From: Mobula hypostoma
Lineage: Eukaryota
NCBI RefSeq assembly: GCF_963921235.1
Contig: NC_086101.1
Span: forward strand, 31,496,001 to 31,560,000
Direction: 5' to 3'
DNA: 64,000 bases
Shown here piece by piece: positions 37,294 to 49,329 of this stretch. Position 1 is the stretch's first letter. Every line of letters starts with the position of its first letter. A program made the translations under genes and the position numbers. Under the pieces are notes generated by a model, which was not told the origin of the DNA, did not search any database, and worked only from the letters and a program-made list of their open reading frames with translations.

Positions 37294-37639
37294 CAATGTT
37301 CCCTCCAATTTGTAATGACTGGTGTGCACAAAAATCTTGTGCTGTGCAATTTTGTGCCGTGCAATTTTGTGCCCAGTGACAACAATATGTGCATACTGAA
37401 TAATTTCTTCAATAAAAATAATATAAATAGGCCAGTTCTAAAATCTACAGACAAATCATCAGAATATCCGCGTTGTCAACACCATCCACATCAGAAACCA
37501 GAAGAGGAAATGTAAATGTGATTGTGTACAATTGAGAAATATACTTAACATGCCAACAAGATAGAAGGTGACAATATTTTGTGCACTGGAAGCAAAAATG
37601 TGTGTGTCCGCACACGTGCACACCTCAGAGGGAACATTG
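37294..37639. mobile_element. hAT-like MITE inserted in the BEL/Pao pol
   Basis: Terminal inverted repeats caatgttccctc / gagggaacattg. The BEL frame (NSLF..PL.FAAPISI) continues across it. TSD degraded. Confidence 0.7.
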
Positions 37640-38539
37640 TGCAAACAGGCTGTTGATTGTTGACAGCACGCTGCAATGCGTAAAGGGTCTTTCAGTATCA
37701 GTGACCTAGAAAGTAACTGTGTCAATAACAAGGTCCCAACCAAGTCCCAGACTACGTTGCAGAGCAAGGAGGTCCTGTCCAAGATCATGATCATGGGCGG
37801 AGTTAAGATGGCGTCAGATGGCTGCATCTTCAAGCTCATCCGCGAAACAGCTTAAATTCCTCTCTATAATGTTTCTTTTTTCCTTTTCAAGGTAGTTAGG
37901 GTTCTATCAATGTCGAAACTGCTTTTTTTTTACAGCAGTTGAGTTCCCATTCTTGGAGCTGGCCGGGTGACTGTTTTCCGACAGTCTCCAGGCGCAGCTT
38001 GGATGGCACTTCCGGGATTCGGCCCTTTATGTTGCCGACTGAGGCATCGCAGGAGATGAAACATCTGGATTTTGCTGTGGTGGTTGTTTGGATGGAGGTC
38101 TGTCTCCCTCCCTCGCCCTCCCTCTCTCTCTCTTTCTGTTGTTCATTCTTTTGGGCTTCTTTTGTTCTTCGTGGATGTCTGTGAAGATAAGTATTTCAGG
38201 TTGTATACTGTATACCGTCTATGATAGTAAACAGAACCATTTGATTCTGTATATCTTTAGCCAGATCTTCAGATGGGAAACGTTGCCTGACCTCAGCACT
38301 GTTGGATCTGATCTTCTGCTGTCTGAGATTAGACTGCACCACAGATTTTGCACTGTTTTAGCATACTGCTTCTGCTGCAGTAGAAACTGATTTAAGATCA
38401 TCATCAACATAGAAATACCTCTCTATGTACCTCCATACTTCAGTCCTGAATTCCTTCTCTCCTTTGACAGTTGTCCTCTTAAGGTGAGATTACCACAGCT
38501 AGCAAGGGACAGTTACCAAATGCATGAACTCTCATGCGG

Positions 38540-39400
38540 TACCAACTTGTTCAAAGTCAAAGTCCAAGTACATTATTATCAAGGAATGCAAAAATTATAC
38601 AACCATGAGATTTGTCTGCTTACAGGCAGCCATAAAGCAGGAAATCAAAAAGAACCCAGTTAAAAAAAAGAAAGATCAACACCCAATGCACAATGAAAGA
38701 GAAAAAATACAAATCATGCAAACAATAGAAGCAACAACAGCATTCTGATACAAACTGAGTCCACAGACCCGATTCCCCAGAGCAGCCAGAGTAGGCCCAA
38801 GCCTCAGTCTCAGTTCATCATATAGTAGGCAAATCATCGCCAGGCTCACAGACGCGAAACTCAGCATTCGGAGCAGTTCACAACCTCAGCACCCAGAGAG
38901 AGAAGTGAACATTGTGGGAAAGCTAGCAAAATCGGCCCGACCATCGCCTCCAGTCCCAACATCCTGGCTTTCCAGTCCATCTGGGCCAGTAGTTAAATCA
39001 TCCAAACACTGGAAGGTGCCACGTACTAGGTCCTGGGTCCTGGTGCAGTGATACGCTCAGGGCTTGTACTCAACCACCCAGCCCGAGGCCATTCTCGACC
39101 TTTACAAATTGGCATGGAGCTTAGATCGATCTATGCTTGCTCTTGGTTTAGGTGGACAGGCATCGAAACTCCTCTGCCTCGACTCCACTCCAAATTGCTT
39201 GCTCCAACAGCAACACCATCACTGTCTGTGACCCCGTCTTTGCAACGCACCAGCACGGCTCATCTCGCGAGTCAGCTTTACCCCTGCTCACCTTTTCATT
39301 GTTTGCGTAATAGTTTACCACAATTTACCTCATAAAAAGTGTTATTAATGATGTTTTAGTCGTATTTCTTGCCTTTTGAGCTACCAGTAAGCTGTTGCAC
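38540..39400 (-). mobile_element. Unclassified non-autonomous retroposon; second partial copy at ~44660-44950
   Basis: Both loci share aagaacccagttaaaaaaaag...cacccaatgcaca...aaatcatgcaaacaata...gcctcagt.tcagttcatca and a (ctttga)-type tail. Confidence 0.65.
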
Positions 39401-39898
39401 AACTTCAGTAGCACTATCATAAACCGGAAGTTGGTAGGCTCAAAGATCCTGTCTCACTAGCAAGCTATGGAACATTTGTTTGATGTCTGCCATCACTACC
39501 ACAGACTCAGTTCTGAAATGCACGAGGACCCCAGACAGACTGTTATGGAGGTCTGAACCCCACAAGAACACATTGTCCAGTGATATGCCTTTGAACTGCA
39601 CACCTGAATCAAAGAAGATTCATATTTGTGCAGATTTCTGGGGTTGGTAAACACCAAGGTTTGGCAAATACTAGTTTTGTTTGGTGGGATCTGGTGGAGG
39701 AGCTTGCTTAGCATGATGGTTCCTGAACAGTCTGCACAATGATCTTTCATTTCTGATTTCTTTTGCAATATGTGACTGAGTTATATGAGTCAACTCAGAA
39801 CCTGCCCTCTGTTGTTTGGTAAGAGTTGTCGTAGAGTGTGGAAAGGAAGGGGAGTTGAATTGAATTGAATTGACTTCATTACTTACATCCTTCATATA

Positions 39899-40538
39899 TG
39901 TAACCCTCACTTCACCTAGTGGCATGATCGCGGGGTGATAACCCCCTGCCCGGCCAAACCTTAGAATTCCCGTTTGGGTGGATGCTGCGCGATATGTCCC
40001 CTGTTTCAAATCAGTCCCCTGAAATGACAAGCTGTACACAGTATGCAGTTAAACAATTAAGATTTTATAACTCTTATTTGAACTATAGAATTAGTAGAGA
40101 ACCAAAATATAAACTAAGAGACGCCAAGAATAATAATTAGACAGTTTGTGCACAACGTTGGAGCTCATGCAATATCCTCAGACCACCATTCGATTTCCTC
40201 CAAACTCCGGTGGGTTCCGAGCCCCCGCTTGGGATCCACTCCGCTAGCCGGCTCACAGCATCTCTCCATGTGTGTCTTCTCTCTTCATCCCCATGGCGCA
40301 TTCTCCCCAAATCCCGAGCAAAACAACAGCTTACAGACACACAAGAAAGAATAACATCTATCCCATTGGTTAGCAAATGAATACAAGTCCTGTTATCAGT
40401 AATTATAACCCAAAACGCTACTATAGAGACCACCTTACCTCAGCAATTAACATTACAAAGAAGCCATTTTATTATAACACTACAGGGAAGCCATTTTATT
40501 AGCCTTAGCAAGTAATATGAAAGAAGAAACCCCTTACA
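39899..40538. mobile_element. Solo LTR (640 bp)
   Basis: TGTAA...TTACA termini and a 4-bp target-site duplication TATA on both sides. Confidence 0.8.
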
Positions 40539-40562
40539 TATACATGAGGAATTAAAATCTTT

Positions 40563-41703
40563 ATAGAAACATAGAAACATAGAAAATAGGTGCAGGAGTA
40601 GGCCATTCGGCCCTTCGAGCCTGCACCGCCATTTATTATGATCATGGCTGATCATCCAACTCAGAACCCAGCCTTCCCTCCATACCCCCTGACCCCTGTA
40701 GCCACAAGGGCCATATCTAACTTCCTTTTAAACATAGCTAATGAACTGGCCTCAACAGTTTGCTGTGGCAGAGAATTCCACAGATTCACCACTCTCTGTG
40801 TGAAGAAGTTTTTCCTAACCTCGGTCCTAAAAGGCTTCCCCTCTATCCTCAAACTGTGACCCCTCGTTCTAGACCTCCCCAACATCGGGAACAATCTTCC
40901 CGCATCTAGCCTGTCCAATCCCTTTAGGATCTTATACGTTTCAATCAGATCCCCCCTCAATCTTCTAAATTCCAACGAGTACAAGCCCAGTTCATCCAGT
41001 CTTTCTTCATATGAAAGACCTGCCATCCCAGGAATCAATCTGGTGAACCTTCTTTGTACTCCCTCTATGGCAAAGATGTCTTTCCTCAGATTAGGGGACC
41101 AAAACTGCACACAATACTCCAGGTGTGGTCTCACCAAGGCCTTGTACAACTGCAGTAGTACCTCCCTGCTCCTGTACTCGAATCCTCTCGCTATAAATGC
41201 CAGCATACCGTTCGCCTTTTTCACCGCCTGCTGTACCTGCATGCCCACTTTCAATGACTGGTGTATAATGACACCCAGGTCTCGTTGCACCTCCCCTTTT
41301 CCTAATCGGCCACCATTCAGATAATAATCTGTTTTCCTATTTTTGCCACCAAAGTGGATAACTTCACATTTATCCACATTAAATTGCATCTGCCATGAGT
41401 TTGCCCACTCACCCAACCTATCCAAGTCACCCTGCATCCTCTTAGCATCCTCCTCACTGCTAACACTGCCACCCAGCTTTGTGTCATCCGCAAACTTGGA
41501 GATGCTGCATTTAATTCCCTCATCCAAGTCATTAATATATATTGTAAACAACTGGGGTCCCAGCAGTGAGCCTTGCGGTACCCCACTAGTCACCGCCTGC
41601 CATTCTGAAAAGGTCCCGTTTATTCCCACTCTTTGCTTCCTGTCTGCTAACCAATTCTCCACCCACACCAATACCTTACCCCCAATACCGTGTGCTTTAA
41701 GTT
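40563..41703 (-). mobile_element. Young 5'-truncated CR1 with an uninterrupted RT C-terminal ORF
   Basis: ORF 40661-41671 (336 aa, GVPQGSLLGP, SKFADD) is near-identical to the 25002-26452 copy and has the same tail. Confidence 0.95.
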
Positions 41704-42765
41704 ACGTTATGTTACGTTTTCATTCAAATGTGCAATGTGCAATTATAGAAATTTATAATAAATATTCTGTACAACAGGATAGTCAATGTAACATAGAAAT
41801 ACAGTTGTGCCACCATGAATTAAGCAGTCTGATAGTCTGGTGTAAGAAGCCACCAGGCCACCACAAGTTTGATGTATTGTTGTTAAACTTTTTTGTTCAT
41901 GATTCAAAGAAAGACCTCATCTTCGATGGAAGATGCCAGCTTGCAATCATCTTCTGAGTGACAGAATTCCAGCTTGCCTCAGTCTGGTTGAGCAGAGGGA
42001 AGTGTGTCAGGGTGCTTGGTTTGCCTGCCTATAACCTTCCGCTTTACATAAATTCTACTCTCACGGGGTCTGAAATGACCTGGGCACCCATTCTCCAAGA
42101 ATCAATCTTAAATGTGCTGACTGTGGGCCGATGGGCACCATCGAGGCAAACTTCAAAGTTCAAAGTAAATTAATTATACAACCCTGAGATTCATCTTCTT
42201 GCAAGCATATTCAGTAAATCCAAGAAACACAGCAGAATCAATGAAAGACCACACCCGACAGTATGAACAGCAAACAATGTGCAAAAGAGGAAAAGCTGTG
42301 CAGACACAAAAGAAAAGAGAAATAGTAATAATAACCACTTACAACTGAGACCACTCAGCAGTTAAAGAAGAAAGACATGCATGAAATGATCATTAGAAGT
42401 AAACACATGAATAGTTATAATCTGTGTATATTATCAAGTCATGGAACACGAGACTGACATTACAGCGTACAGGGAAAACTGCGCCAACAGTCACACAGTA
42501 ATATCTGTGTAAATCTTCAGAAAGGCACTATAATAAACACCAGTAGGACAATACAAAAATCCCTAACAATTGATAAATGAGTGTGCTTGGCTATGCCCGT
42601 CCCTCAGGTTTTACCAGCTCGAGCCAAGAAAAAAAAAGATAATTTCTTTCTTTTACAGGGTTGTACTTTCATTTAAGTTTAGAGGTGTGTACTTCTCATC
42701 AGATTTGCATATGCTTGCATTGAATCCAGCTCTTGTTGATGAAAGTTGACTTTAAAAGCTTTCTC

Positions 42766-44293
42766 TGTCGCAATGGGGGGGGGGGGGGCATTGGGAGCAA
42801 GGGTGGACACAAATGCAAGACACATCTTGTGAGGTTACTTAGATTTAGTTTATTGTTTGATACCAGGAGAGCAAGGCAGGAGCAGGAAATAGCAAACTGG
42901 ACAAGGATTCAGGACTACGACTAGGCTGGGACAAGGGTCTGAGCTTGGAGTCGGAATTGGATCCCAGAACTAGCGGAGACATGAAGAGGCTACGGTAGGA
43001 CTCTGAGACAGAGACTGGGCAAGGACCCAGTACCTGGGTTGTGCCCCGGGCTCGGACCCCAGAACCAGGCATGGACATGACATGGGCTAGGGAGAGGAGG
43101 AACATGGAAAACAGAGCCTTGGTCTCGGGAGAACAGGTACATGGAACCATGGACACATACACAGAACAGAGAGCCAGGACCCCTCCTTGGGTACAGGACA
43201 TAGGGCCAGGATTCACACACAGAACAGAGAGCCGGGACCCCTCCTTGGGTACAGGACATAGGGCCGGGACTCATGAACCCCCGCGGGGCAACGGCAAGAT
43301 GGCCTGACTTACCCCACGGAGGCGAGGACAAGACACGACAAGACATGACCCCCCGTGGGGCAACGGCAAGACGGCCTGACTTACCCCACGGAGGCGAGGA
43401 CAAGACACAACAAGACATGAGCCCCCGCGGGGCAACGGCAAAACGGCCAGACTTACCCCACGGAGGCGAGGACAAGACAAGACCAACACGAAAGTACACC
43501 AGACAGTACCTATCTAGCTCCGACAATAGAACTAGACCAAGGTGCAGGCCAGGGCTGCAGACGAGGGCTAGAGGCGAGAGGGGCAGAGAAGGGATTCAGA
43601 TGGGGGGTAGGACAGGAATCACAGACCGCCAGGGCCAGGACTTGAGATGGTACTTGGATGCGCCAGGGACAGGACTTGACTCGGAACCTGGATGCCGCCA
43701 GGACCAGGACTTGACTCGGTACGTGGATGCGCCAGGCCCGGGACTTGACTCGGTACTTGGATGCTGCTAGGGTCCTGACTTGACTCTGTACTTGGATGCC
43801 GCCAGGCCCAGGACTTGACTTGGTACTTGAATGCCCCCAGAGCCAGGACTTGACTTGGAGCCTCCAGGTAGTGGCGAGCTCTCAACTCGGCCTGGGAAGA
43901 GTAGACAGCGGTTCCTGATTCCCTCCAGCGGGTTACCTAACGGACCCACCTCGATGAGGAAACTTTGCAGGCTTGTTTTGGTGAGGTAACTTGACAGGGG
44001 TGCTCCGGTGAGGAAAGGCAAATTACCGGCACTCGCTTCGGGCAGAGACTAGGCTTGCTCCGGCCAGATGACATTGGCACGCCGTACCTTTGGTGACTTT
44101 GCAGACGCTCCCGCGCCGAACAGCTGAAAGCCGGAGACTATAAACTACCAGTTCAGCCGAGAGTAAATTGCCTCTAATCACCAAGGCCAAGGGACACAGG
44201 AAAACAGGGAACCAAAGGGAAACAGGGAGTCAACGGTCCGGATCGTAACATAAACAAAGTAAATTTAAAGAGACCCTGATCCGGACCATGACA
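42766..44293 (-). mobile_element. Solo LTR (~1.5 kb) with internal tandem repeats
   Basis: TGTC...GACA termini; 5-bp TSD ttctc/ttccc; AATAAA near the minus-strand 3' end; internal ~57-bp x2, ~69-bp x3 and ~34-bp x6-7 arrays. Confidence 0.75.
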
Positions 44294-44415
44294 TTCCCTG
44301 ACTGTTGTGTAAATGTTTTTATGTCTGTTATTCCTCTTCCTCCTTCTGTCCGAGGTAGTGTTAATCTAAGTGTGTTTGAGTGTACATAGTCATTTCAGAT
44401 TTTTCTTTGTCACAG

Positions 44416-44536
44416 GACGCTAACTGTCAGATACCAGTCAGGCCCATCCTGCCCATGGAGAGCACACCTGATGTCCCCAGGCCCGGATGTTTCCCTGCTG
44501 CCAGTCAGGAGCAGGGAAGGAAGGACAGTGAAGCAG
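44416..44536. pseudogene. Ambiguous exon-like segment; minus strand resembles a decayed class II alpha connecting-peptide/TM start
   Basis: Minus 44493-44458 reads ETSGPGDIRCAL (shark class II alpha recalled as EKSGPGTIICAL), but the TM that follows is not preserved. The plus strand has a strong acceptor and a weak GTATAC donor. Confidence 0.25.
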
Positions 44537-45079
44537 GTATACTTCCTGACATCCCCCTTCATCAGAGGTCCCATCACAGCCAGTTTATGTGTGTGAGGCA
44601 GACCCACAGCTGGGAGAGGGGGCAGCTCCTCAGAATGTTCCCTAGAGCTACCAATTTAAATTCAAATTTCAAAGTTCAAGGTCAAAGTATATTTATGATC
44701 AAAGTATATATAAATTATATAACCTTAAGGTTTGTCTACTTACAGGCAGCCTCAAAACAAGGAACCCAAAAGAACCCAGTTAAAAAAAAGCCAACACCCA
44801 ATGCACAGAGAGAGAAAAAAAACAAATCATGCAAACAATAAAGCAAGCATTAATATTCAGATCGAAATTGAGACATAAACCCAAAGTCCAGAGCAGGCCC
44901 TTAGCCTCAGTGTCAGTTCATCACAGAGCAGGGCAAATCACACAACATCAGAAGGAGCTCATGAGTACACTGTGTGGGTGAAGCAGAGCACAAATCCTCC
45001 CATTGCTCTCAGAGTCCCTGGCAATGAAACCACATCACTCAGCTCAGCACTGAAGGCAGAGAGAAGGAAGCGCTCAGGG

Positions 45080-45091
45080 AGAAGTGAAACT
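45080..45091 (+). promoter_or_regulatory. ISRE-like motif
   Basis: AGAAGTGAAACT is the reverse complement of AGTTTCACTTCT (HLA-B-type ISRE as recalled). It may be repeat-derived. Confidence 0.35.
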
Positions 45092-45699
45092 TGCCTCATG
45101 GTTTTAACTGGGAATTAAAAACTAGTGGAAAACAACAAACTGAATGATCAGAAAACGTTGACATTGGACTGGGAGATGCAGAACATTGATTGTACACACT
45201 CCTGCATTAGGAAACCCTATCCCTGAAATGGACACATTAATCCCTCGGTCACACAATCCACAGAATGGAATCCCTGTGAAAGGCAGCAACCTTGGCCAGG
45301 GGGTCTGTCATCCCCGGCCCACTGGCGTCAGTGAGACAGTCACAGGTTCAAGGTCTGCTCTTGATGCTTGAGTTCAGAAGAGGTCTGGTCCCAGTGTAGG
45401 AAGCAAAGAGCCTCACCAGCATATCCAAGATCAGCAGGTATATATTTATGGTCAAGGAACAAGAGCTTTAGAGGGAATCAGGGTAGCCTTTTTTGTAAAC
45501 CAAAAAGTGACTGGAATCGCATTGAGATCTGTAACACACTTCCTGGTTGTTTGGTAGTGGGCTGAGGTGGAAGCAGAGAATTTCACAAAATTTATGAAGT
45601 ATATAGGCAAGCACTTGAATTGGCAGGTTGTAATTGGCTATGGACCAAGTGCTGGTAATGGGATGGTACTTGATGGTCACAGAACCTGTTGCACTGGGA

Positions 45700-46040
45700 A
45701 AAAAAACTCCTACTAACTACCTCATCTATTCCTCATAATCTCCATAGACTGTACCTCTTTCTGGTTCCAACCCCCTCCCAGCCCTCTCTGTTCCAAGCAA
45801 AGCAACCCCAGGTAATCCAGCCCATCCACATAATGGAGACATCCTGTGAATGATCTCTGCACCCTCTCCAGTGCAATCACACCCTTCCTATTGTGTAACA
45901 ACCAGAACTGTACACAGTACTCCCGCTGTGAGCTCTCCAATGCTTAATAAAGATATGGTATACCATAACCTCCATGCTCTTATACTCTATGTCACAAGCA
46001 AAATCCTATACAGCACCTATTCAACTAATCTACATTGACA
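45700..46040 (-). mobile_element. CR1 3' fragment
   Basis: EYCVQFWL.HNRKGVIALERVQRSFT. Confidence 0.8.
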
Positions 46041-46139
46041 GGATCTGCATCAATAATAATTAGATTGTAAATCTCTGGGATATCTCTGGTCAGCACAGCT
46101 GTGCCACCAGATCCTGAACTCCGGTACTGTCCGCGTGGG

Positions 46140-46400
46140 CTTTACATACTCTCCCTGTTGGCCCCTGGGGTTGCCCGGTGTGCTCTGGTTTCCTCCCACA
46201 TCCCAATGACGTGTGGGTCAGTAGGGTAATGGCCACTGTGAATTGCCTTTGTGGTGGGGGTGAGTGTTAGAATCCGGAGGGAATTGCTGGGAATGTGGAG
46301 AGCATAAAACGGGGTGAGTATAAACGAGTGGTCAGTGGTTGGTACAGACTCAGTGGGCTTAAGGGTCTGTGGGACTTCTGACTGTCTGGGATTGGGTCTG
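46140..46400 (+). mobile_element. V-SINE (HE1-like) copy
   Basis: ctctggtttcctcccacatcccaatgacgtg...ggccactgtgaattgcc central domain and a CR1-like tail. Confidence 0.65.
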
Positions 46401-47079
46401 ATCCAAACCGACATTTCCCTCCCTGCCTGCTCCAGCTGAACCCAGGGACCAGGCTCATTAAATAAATGTATAATCAGTGAATGATTATACCTGCTCTAAT
46501 GTGCTGAGGTGAATTCCCTGGTGAAGGGGTGCCTGGAAGGGAAATCTGTGATAACACTGTGCACTGGCTGTCAGCCTGCCGCTGTCTGCAGAATCCCCTC
46601 CACTGGAGTCTGGGTTCAGTCAGGGGCAGAGTACTGTTGCACACACTGTGTCCCATTTCCAGTGGAGATGGTGAATGTCAGCTCTCATAGTCAGGGTGAG
46701 TGATCTGTGACACAGAGGAGTTACTCCTGCAGACTCAGCCAATAATAGTTTCTGAAAGCAACTGGTCTGGGTGTGACAGCTTTGCTTGCTGGGACAGGGT
46801 CCTGATCATAACATGGTCAATCTGCTCCAAACAAGAACAAGAACTGCAACGGGAGATTGTGAACGGAGCCAGCAAACTTTCTGCATACTGTGTATATGTG
46901 AGACATTTGTTTTCTTTTGTCACTGTAATCCCTGCATATGAGGGGACCGTGTTTTCTCTCCATGACTCTGTGTGTGTGTGTGTATACTGTGTTACTCAAT
47001 CTGACTGCATGGGAGGAGGTGTAGCAGCATCTGCAACCCATTTTAATCCAACCTACATTTTCAACGTAGTTTATTGTTC

Positions 47080-47700
47080 AAGACTGATCCTCTACCTCCT
47101 TCCTTATCATCACTGAGGGCCCCAAACTCCATTCAGGTGAGGGGACACTTCATCTGCGAGTCTTTCAGGTGTCATCTATTCTGCTCCCAGTGTGGCCTCC
47201 TCTACATCAGTGGGACCAGATGCAGGCTGGTCTGCAAATTGAACACCTTCACCCTGTCCACTGCAAAAGGCAGGATCTCCCATTTCAATTCAATTTCACA
47301 TTACCATTTTGACATGTCTGTCCACAGCCTCTTTTACTGCCATGATGAGGCCAAACTCATGTTGGAGGAACAAAACCTCATATTCTGTTTGCATAGCTAC
47401 CAATATGAATGCATATGAACATTGATTTCTCCAAGATCTGGTCATTTCTCCCCTTCTCTCTTTTTCCATTCCCCATTCTGGTTACCAATCTTCTCTCACC
47501 TGGCCATCACCTCCTTCTGTTTCTCCATCTCTTTTCCTTTCCTCTCCTCCATTGTCATCTCTTATCAAACTGCTTCTTCAACACTTTATCTCTTCCAGCT
47601 TCCCCCACCCCCCCCCCCGCACCTTCCCTCTCACTCGGTCTCACCTATCACCTACCAGCTCCTCTCTCCACCTTTCCATTGTTAACATCATTGCCCTTTT
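47080..47700 (+). mobile_element. Penelope-like GIY-YIG 3' fragment
   Basis: PNSIQVRGHFICES...CSQCGLLYISGTR motif and a CT-rich tail. Confidence 0.78.
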
Positions 47701-48182
47701 CTCACCGTTACCATCAGATAAAAGGTACAGAAACCTGAAGGCACACACTCAGTGATTCAGGAACAGCTTCTTCCCCTCTGCCATCCGATTCCTAAATGGT
47801 CATTCAACCCATGAACACTACCTGACTTTTTAAAATATATATTATTTCTGTTTTGCACGATCTTTTAATCTATTCAATATACACTCTAATTAATTTATTT
47901 ATTTATTTATTTTTACTTTTTTTCTTCTATATTATGTATTGCATTGAACTGCTGCTACTAAATTATCTAATTTCACGACACATGCCGATAATAGACTTGA
48001 CTCTGACTCTGATTCCTCCACTTTCTTATTCTTGCTTCTTACCCCTACCTTTTCCAGTCTTGATGAAGGGTCTCAGCCCTTCCATAGATTCTACTTGATT
48101 TACTGAGATAATTCAACTTTTTGTGTGTTCCAGGAAGGAAATTTTGGGGCCAGTTTCGATCTCTATGGTACCAAGGTTCCAG

Positions 48183-48298
48183 GCGCCCTCTAGAGGAGAC
48201 AGGGCCAGCTGCACGTTAACACGTCACCAGTGAGTGGTGCACACAACGCAGCTCTGTCCAATGGTAAAATGAATCTGTGCTCGTCATTGGTTGCCATG
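48183..48298 (-). promoter_or_regulatory. X-Y module 4 with adjacent CRE half-site and CTCF motif
   Basis: X CATGGCAACCAATG (48298-48285; contains the RFX half-site GTTGCCATG), X2 TGACGAG, 19 bp, ACCATTGG (48265-48258), GGTGACGT (48228-48221), and CCTCTAGAGGGCGC (48196-48183). Confidence 0.7.
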
Positions 48299-49329
48299 CA
48301 GAAACAGCAGAGAAACAATCGGCGGTGGGTTGCGGGTGCAACAAAAGAATATGAAACACACTGGAATTGAAATTCATTTATTGTTACGGAAGAAGTTTTT
48401 ATTTATTGTGTGCAGAGAGAAATTTAAAAGAGACTTGAGAGGCAACCTCATCTCACAGAGGAAAATACAAACATGGAATGAGCTACCAGAGGAAGTGTTG
48501 TGGCACTTCCAATGGGTCAACAGGTTGAGAAGGATATGGGCCAAACGTGGGGAAATGGCGGTGGTTTAGATGGGCATGTTGGATGGAATAGGCCAAATGG
48601 GCCGAAGAGCCTGTCTCTGTGCTGTACAAATATATGAATATATGATTCAGAAAGGGAAAGGGGCGGCTGGAAAATCTCAACTACAATCAGAAAAACTGCA
48701 ACCTCTCAAACCGCAGTCATTAACGTGAGGAGAGAAGCCAATGAAACAGCACGGCTTCAGTTTGTCACCTGTTGCTGGGTAGATTTGTTTTTGAATTTGT
48801 GGGCTGGCGGAGGCACCCCTGGGTGATTGGACTTGGCTAAATGGAGGAGATGAAGGAGGGCAGAGGAGAGGGATAAATTACCATGTTGGAACTGTGATAA
48901 CAGACCAGATGCTGGAAATATCCAGCTCAGGCAGTGGCAGTGGGGAGATTCGGGAACAGTTATAACACCTCGACCATCAGGCCTTTGAACCAGAGGAGAC
49001 AGCTTCACTCCCGCCATCACTGAATTGTTCTCACAACTTATGGTCTCACTTTCAAGGACTTCATCTTGATATTTATGAATATTTATTAATTTATTATTAT
49101 TTCCTTTATTTCTTTTTGTATTTACAGTTTGTTGTCTTCAGCACATCAGTTGTTTCTCCGTCCTGTTGGATGCAGCCTTTCATTGATTCCATTGTTTCTT
49201 GTATTACTGAGAATGCCAGCAAGAAGATGAATCTCAGAGTTGCATTTGATGATATTGTTTCTTGTATTTTAAGAATGACAGCAGAATCAACAGAGCAGGA
49301 AGCTCAAGAAGGGATTGTACAGTATGGAC

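Larger units (their letters stand above)
36760..42140 (-). mobile_element. Fragmented BEL/Pao LTR retrotransposon pol, interrupted by at least six insertions
   Basis: Colinear minus-strand pieces: LASSIEDEVFL (~41900), GVYQPQK...FDS...SLDNVFL.GSDLHNSL.GVL.HFR.E.V.VMADIKQMFH (39450-39660), RYFYVDD (~38410), QRSLGLGWDL...STINSLF (~37640-37770), and VFCDASTKAI (~37000-37110). Confidence 0.85.

Noticed and set aside
42766-44293. 5' LTR of the BEL/Pao element
   Set aside because: It has its own 5-bp TSD, no PBS is evident and no matching second LTR was found, so it is treated as an independent solo LTR.
46509-46703. Plus-strand exon with a GTGAGT donor near 46696
   Set aside because: No recognisable product and no partner exons; a single good donor is expected by chance.
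46739-46800. CCAAT with an upstream CCAGCAAG
   Set aside because: No X box at the required spacing.
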